From positions 3,643,587-3,707,586 of the forward strand of contig OZ252239.1 of NCBI GenBank assembly GCA_965249485.1: 64,000 bases of DNA. The letters are read 5' to 3'. Shown one piece after another: positions 59,359-64,000 of this stretch (within the stretch, counting starts at the first letter, position 1; each line of letters starts with the position of its first letter). Source of the stretch: a bacterium (GTDB lineage Bacteria; SM23-31). The notes under the pieces were generated by a model that made no database searches, was not told the origin of the DNA, and saw nothing but the letters and a program-made list of their open reading frames with translations. Position numbers and translations under genes: made by a program.

Positions 59359-59625
59359 TTATTTTTCGGCAATTGATTGTTTCAAAACATTTACTATGAA
59401 GCAGTCATTTCGTTCTACAATGACCTCTCTTAATTCATATAATTTCACTGTGATTGCGGGCAGGTTTTTATAACGGTTGAGATCGATTCGGCGACAGAGT
59501 AGAGTGTGATCTTCCCGAGCGGCAAAACCCGCCTCTATCGCGGCTTCCAAATTTAGCAATACTCCTGATTTGTGAACATGCCGCGAGTTTATTGGTTTTT
59601 TTGATCGGATATCGGACGTGGTCAC
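59359..59625 (-). CDS. Hypothetical protein
   Basis: 88 aa ORF in an otherwise noncoding stretch. No recognisable family. Confidence 0.3.
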   Translation of the reverse strand: MTTSDIRSKKPINSRHVHKSGVLLNLEAAIEAGFAAREDHTLLCRRIDLNRYKNLPAITVKLYELREVIVERNDCFIVNVLKQSIAEK

Positions 59626-59736
59626 TTTAAAGTGCGTTAGAAATCCCGGTAATGTTTGTCCGGATTTTCTAAGGCTGTGCTCATTTTGACAACATTGAAA
59701 CGTACGCGAATCAGTTATAGAAAGAGGAGCTAAACT

Positions 59737-60528
59737 ATGAATTTAGGTATTCAAGGCCGAGTAGCACTAGTCGGCGCTTCCGGAGGCGGTCTGGGTCTTG
59801 CGACAGCAGTACGCCTGGCACAGGAAGGGTGTGATATTGCTCTCTGTGATTTGAAAGAAGATAAATTAGAAAAAGCATTGACAGCAGTTAAAGCAGCCAA
59901 TAGTGATGTCCGCGTTTTTTCGTATCCTGTTGATCTGACAAAAGCGGAATCGATAGAAAATCTACTGAATTCCGTTCACAATGATCTTGGTACTGTCAGT
60001 ATTCTGGTTACTAACTCAGGCGGTCCGCCTCCAGGAACATTTGATACTGCGGATGATGCTAAATGGGAGTTTGCTTATCAGCTTACCTTTATGAGTGCAG
60101 TCAGACTCATCAGAGGCGTTCTGCCCGGTATGAAAAAGCAGAAATGGGGACGTATTATTAATTTTACCTCACGTGCACTCAGAGAGCCTATCGGCAACCT
60201 CATGATTTCTAATGCGGTTAGACTCGCCGTTGCTGGTATGGCAAAAACACTTGCGAGTGAGATAGGTGGACTTGGAATCACCGTAAACAACCTGGGACCG
60301 GGACCGACAAGTACCGACCGTGCAATCGAGCTTGCCACAGCTCGTGCAGAAAAAAAAGGTATTAGCGTAGAAGAAGAGCTGGAGAATACAGCACGGAATA
60401 TTCCACGCGGCAGATTGGCATCTGCTGAAGAACAGGCCGCATCCGCTGCGTTTCTTGCATCCGATCTGGCAGGACACATTAATGGTGTTCAGCTCCTGGT
60501 TGATGGCGGTGAAACAAAAGCGCTCTAA
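59737..60528 (+). CDS. SDR-family oxidoreductase
   Basis: 263 aa. Glycine-rich cofactor motif at the N-terminus (GASGGGLG). Confidence 0.8.
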   Translation: MNLGIQGRVALVGASGGGLGLATAVRLAQEGCDIALCDLKEDKLEKALTAVKAANSDVRVFSYPVDLTKAESIENLLNSVHNDLGTVSILVTNSGGPPPGTFDTADDAKWEFAYQLTFMSAVRLIRGVLPGMKKQKWGRIINFTSRALREPIGNLMISNAVRLAVAGMAKTLASEIGGLGITVNNLGPGPTSTDRAIELATARAEKKGISVEEELENTARNIPRGRLASAEEQAASAAFLASDLAGHINGVQLLVDGGETKAL

Positions 60529-60612
60529 ACTCGAATCTATTTATAGGATTTATACGTAAATAAGATAAAAATCAACTATTACATTTGTAAAGCTTAAACA
60601 TGGAGTAGCGTT

Positions 60613-62232
60613 ATGAGATACAATGTAGAACGTCCTGCAAACGAGCCGATTCTCGAGTATAAACCGGGAAGCGCGGAACGTGCGAGCGTTAAAGTAAAGC
60701 TCGATGAATTGCTGAAAAAAGAAGTTGAAATCCCTCTTATTATCGGCGGTAAGGAGTACCGCACCGGTAATACCGTAGACTGCAGATGTCCGCACGACCA
60801 TCAACGTGTCATTGGTAAATATCACCTTGCCGATAAAAAACATGTTCAGATGGCTATCGATGCCGCATTGGCAGCACGTAAAGAGTGGGCAGCACAGTCA
60901 TGGGAAACACGAGTTGCTGTTTTCTGGAAAATGGCCGACCTGCTTGCCGGACCATATAAAGACTTGATCAATGCAGCAACTATGCTCGATCAGTCGAAAA
61001 ACATTTTCCAGGCTGAAATCGATGCAACGTGTGAACTGATTGACTTCTGGCGCTTTAACATCTACTATTACACAAAGATTCTTGAAGATCAACCACTGAA
61101 CGGTCCCGGTGTCTGGAACAGACTTCAGTACCGCGGACTCGAAGGTTTTGTGCTGGCAGTAACACCGTTTAACTTTACTTCTATCGGTGGAAACCTTCCA
61201 ACACTTCCGGCTATACCAGGTGGTGTATCACTGTGGAAACCGGCATCAAGCTCTGTGTATGCTGGTCACTTTCTGATGAAATTGTTCAAAGAAGCCGGTC
61301 TGCCGGACGGTGTTGTAAACTACATACCGGGCCCGGGTAGAGAAGTCGGTCCTGTTGTTATGAACGATCCTAACTTATCCGGCGTTCACTTTACTGGTTC
61401 AACCGAAGTGTTTCAGGGTATGTGGCATCAAATCGGAACCAACATTCATCAGTATCATAATTATCCGAGAATCGTCGGTGAAACCGGTGGTAAAGATTTC
61501 ATTTTCGTGCATTCCACAGCCAACAGAAAAGCGGTAATCGCAGCAATTATCCGCGGTTCATTTGAGTATCAGGGACAGAAATGTTCCGCAGCATCGCGCG
61601 CTTATATTTCGGAATCAGTCTGGAACGACATCAAGAACGATCTGCTCCATGAAATTTCGACAATTAAGATGGGTGATGTACTCGATTTTAGTAATTTCAT
61701 GAATGCCGTAATCGACAGAGAAGCATTCAATACAATCAAAGAGTATATCGAGTACGCAAAAGCATCCAGCGATGCCGATATCGTTTGCGGTGGTGGATGT
61801 GATGATTCAAAAGGTTACTTTGTTGAACCTACTGTGATCGTTGCAAAAGATCCGAAGTTCAAAACAATGGTTGATGAGATCTTCGGACCGGTCATGACAG
61901 TCTATATATATGATGACAACAAGTTCGAAGAGACACTGGAACTCTGCGATCAAACATCTGCCTACTCTTTGACTGGAGCAATCATTGCTCAGGACCGCTA
62001 TACAATTGAAACAGCACAGAAAGCACTTGTCCATGCAGCTGGCAACTTCTACATCAATGATAAATGTACCGGTGCAGTGGTCGGTCAGCAGCCTTTCGGC
62101 GGCAGTAGAGCATCAGGAACGAACGATAAAGCCGGAACACGGTCGAATCTCATGCGGTGGATATCAACCAGAACCATTAAAGAAACATTTGTTCCTCCGG
62201 TTGATTACCGTTATCCTTTCCTTGATGAATAA
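60613..62232 (+). CDS. rocA: L-glutamate-γ-semialdehyde / 1-pyrroline-5-carboxylate dehydrogenase (ALDH superfamily)
   Basis: 539 aa. RocA-type N-terminus and FGGSRASGTNDKAG. Confidence 0.8.
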   Translation: MRYNVERPANEPILEYKPGSAERASVKVKLDELLKKEVEIPLIIGGKEYRTGNTVDCRCPHDHQRVIGKYHLADKKHVQMAIDAALAARKEWAAQSWETRVAVFWKMADLLAGPYKDLINAATMLDQSKNIFQAEIDATCELIDFWRFNIYYYTKILEDQPLNGPGVWNRLQYRGLEGFVLAVTPFNFTSIGGNLPTLPAIPGGVSLWKPASSSVYAGHFLMKLFKEAGLPDGVVNYIPGPGREVGPVVMNDPNLSGVHFTGSTEVFQGMWHQIGTNIHQYHNYPRIVGETGGKDFIFVHSTANRKAVIAAIIRGSFEYQGQKCSAASRAYISESVWNDIKNDLLHEISTIKMGDVLDFSNFMNAVIDREAFNTIKEYIEYAKASSDADIVCGGGCDDSKGYFVEPTVIVAKDPKFKTMVDEIFGPVMTVYIYDDNKFEETLELCDQTSAYSLTGAIIAQDRYTIETAQKALVHAAGNFYINDKCTGAVVGQQPFGGSRASGTNDKAGTRSNLMRWISTRTIKETFVPPVDYRYPFLDE

Positions 62233-62254
62233 TAAGAGAAATCTCTTACTCAAA

Positions 62255-62288
62255 AAGGCCGCCTGCATAGCACGCGGCCTTTTTTTTA
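62255..62288. terminator. Bidirectional Rho-independent terminator
   Basis: AGGCCGC…GCGGCCT stem followed by TTTTTTTT. Sits between convergent genes. Confidence 0.7.
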
Positions 62289-62341
62289 TTCAGATCTGGG
62301 TTCAATCAAACTTTGGAATGATTCTGAGATTAAATCGTGTA

Positions 62342-64000
62342 TCAATTATCAGAATTCCGCTCCACATAGATTGGACTTGTCCACGCCATCTGTCCATCTT
62401 CCTGTGTCATTCGAATATAGATAGGATTGTCACCTACATGCAATTCAGTGAGCTGTAATGAAAACGAAAATTCCTGTGAATCCGGTTCATCAGGAAGCCG
62501 GTAAACCTCAATTCTTTTCTGCAGACCGCCATATTCCCATACTATGGGCTCCAGACCAATGGATTGAATCATACATGACACATTACCTTGAAGTGTCTCA
62601 ATTTCGAGTGTCCCTGTATTACTACTATCTAAAGTAATTATCATTCCGGCTTCATTGCCTGTTGTAACAGATTTCCATTCAAGTTGATTGTCCGAGATTG
62701 CTTCGAGCGGTTTGTTGACATTCCAGAAATTGACGGGTGTGACATTGTTAATAATATTACTTTGTACACGGAGTTCGCCATCCCAGTAAACTGCCCGGCC
62801 CTGGCGTCCATCTCCACGATCTTCAATACCACCCCATATTATCTTTACTCTATTTCCAAGATCTTCTTCTTGATAGGGCCGAACAGTCGAAATAACCTCC
62901 GAACCATTCTTGATCTCTACACTTTCGATAGATGAGGTTCCGGTAACACACACATACAGACGCGGTGTACCTGTGTCAGCAGAAATCACATCGCCCATCA
63001 TAGCTCTGTTTCCATCTTCTGTCACAACTTTAACTTCTATCAAGGCTCGAATTCCAGTCGTAGCGTACATATGCCGGGCTTTCACAGCATCATAAATTGT
63101 GCTGCGATCCAAATTCGGGGCAAGCACGCACGTAAGACCTCCGATTGCTCCGCCATCTGTATCCTTACTTGCACTTGGATATTCTGCACCGGGACGTACT
63201 CGGTGCCCATCTCCATTCGCAACAACACCAATACGATGACCCAACCGAAGCGCGTCCTCAACTATCCATTCGAATGTTCCCCATCCCGAATGAACTTCAA
63301 CTGCTAGTTCCAGACTGGGATCGTAGATTGAGGGTATAGTACTGTGACAGTGTTCAAATACAAAAGCCTGTGGGTTATCCTTATTCTTCAGATACTCATA
63401 TAACTCGGGAGCGGTGGACGCTTTTTGGTAGAGGGAGTTATTCTCCGGAAGAATCGGAAAATCAGTCCGGCTATGGAAAATCTCACCATTTTGAGAAGTG
63501 TAGTAGACATTCCTATGGCCGCCCATGGGCTCATATGCACTCCATTCATAGCCGGGAAATGTCAGGAATTTCCCCGGTTCATAGAATTTGTCTGCAATAT
63601 CATTAATCGCCAACCAGAAAGGATAAGTTACAAATTTATCATTTGATTGATGTGCCGAAATATCTAATAATCCATAGTCCCGTGCAAACGTATAGTAATC
63701 TTCAAGATTGCTGACATCATTTTCCTCCGACTGGCCATGAAAATCGGCCCAGTACAGGTTGAATTCCGCCGGCTCAGTCAAAACTTTTATAGGATTACTT
63801 CTTGCGGAGAGGCCTGTGTTCTTATCTTTTGCCATAATGGTTTGCACTCCAGCTTTTGGAAAACCGGAATGAACCATCTTCACAGGCTTGTCTGTGGGAT
63901 TTCCCCACTCATCCTCCAGCCTGAGATAATAGGTAAATTCTTCGTTAACCTCAATTTGCGACGGTGCAATGCAAACTGCTCTCACAGGTTTACCCGGTGT
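62342..64000 (-). CDS. Hypothetical protein, DUF3604-like / PHP-like metal-dependent hydrolase candidate (partial; N-terminus may lie beyond the window)
   Basis: ORF of at least 547 aa running to the window edge. His/Asp-rich motifs (DFHGQSEEND; HCHST; HSGWGTF). Family assignment is tentative. Confidence 0.4.
   Translation of the reverse strand, partial: TPGKPVRAVCIAPSQIEVNEEFTYYLRLEDEWGNPTDKPVKMVHSGFPKAGVQTIMAKDKNTGLSARSNPIKVLTEPAEFNLYWADFHGQSEENDVSNLEDYYTFARDYGLLDISAHQSNDKFVTYPFWLAINDIADKFYEPGKFLTFPGYEWSAYEPMGGHRNVYYTSQNGEIFHSRTDFPILPENNSLYQKASTAPELYEYLKNKDNPQAFVFEHCHSTIPSIYDPSLELAVEVHSGWGTFEWIVEDALRLGHRIGVVANGDGHRVRPGAEYPSASKDTDGGAIGGLTCVLAPNLDRSTIYDAVKARHMYATTGIRALIEVKVVTEDGNRAMMGDVISADTGTPRLYVCVTGTSSIESVEIKNGSEVISTVRPYQEEDLGNRVKIIWGGIEDRGDGRQGRAVYWDGELRVQSNIINNVTPVNFWNVNKPLEAISDNQLEWKSVTTGNEAGMIITLDSSNTGTLEIETLQGNVSCMIQSIGLEPIVWEYGGLQKRIEVYRLPDEPDSQEFSFSLQLTELHVGDNPIYIRMTQEDGQMAWTSPIYVERNSDN

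Noticed and set aside
1-64000. CRISPR arrays, rRNA and tRNA genes
   Set aside because: I saw no regularly spaced direct repeats and no cloverleaf-like or rRNA-like conserved segments in any intergenic region. tRNAscan or Infernal would be needed to be definitive.

Overview
This is a bacterial chromosomal window. The taxon cannot be assigned from sequence alone. Base composition is heterogeneous: flanking regions are moderately AT-rich with an anaerobe-like gene repertoire, and there is a visibly AT-richer central island. Contents, 5' to 3': (i) an Fe-S cluster module, the tail of sufS, sufU, a DUF59/SufT-like gene, an Mrp/ApbC carrier and DUF971. (ii) DoxX and an orphan AmmeMemoRadiSam radical-SAM enzyme. 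(iii) From ~10 kb to ~33.4 kb, a large minus-strand, low-GC surface-glycoconjugate locus. Its key element is a Fom1-like cytidylyltransferase–PEP-mutase fusion with a split phosphonopyruvate decarboxylase, an Fe-alcohol dehydrogenase and CDP-alcohol phosphotransferases, which predicts a CMP-activated hydroxyethylphosphonate decoration pathway. This module is present twice, and the two copies have decayed in a reciprocal way. Around it lie a Wzx-like flippase, two GT2 polyprenyl-phosphate glycosyltransferases, two ArnT/PMT-like GT-C enzymes, a YfhO-like giant membrane protein, a flippase-like UPF0104 protein, methyltransferases, a sugar nucleotidyltransferase, a polysaccharide deacetylase, and a frameshifted NAD-epimerase. 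(iv) A 530-bp divergent intergenic region carrying a perfect 39-bp palindrome. (v) A plus-strand block of exported hydrolases: an Asp-box β-propeller protein, an FGE/SUMF1-domain lipoprotein, an MBL-fold hydrolase, an alkaline phosphatase, a lipoprotein, an M20 peptidase, a Gfo/Idh/MocA oxidoreductase, a Tat-exported amidase, and three tandem M14-like carboxypeptidase paralogs. The first paralog has lost a zinc-ligand histidine. (vi) A DapA-family aldolase convergent with a LarA-family racemase. (vii) A korDABC–sucCD operon for 2-oxoacid:ferredoxin oxidoreductase plus succinyl-CoA synthetase. (viii) An SDR, P5C dehydrogenase and a partial DUF3604-like gene. I saw no rRNA, tRNA, CRISPR array, transposase or integrase. 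All calls rest on reading the translations and sequence by eye; no database searches were run.
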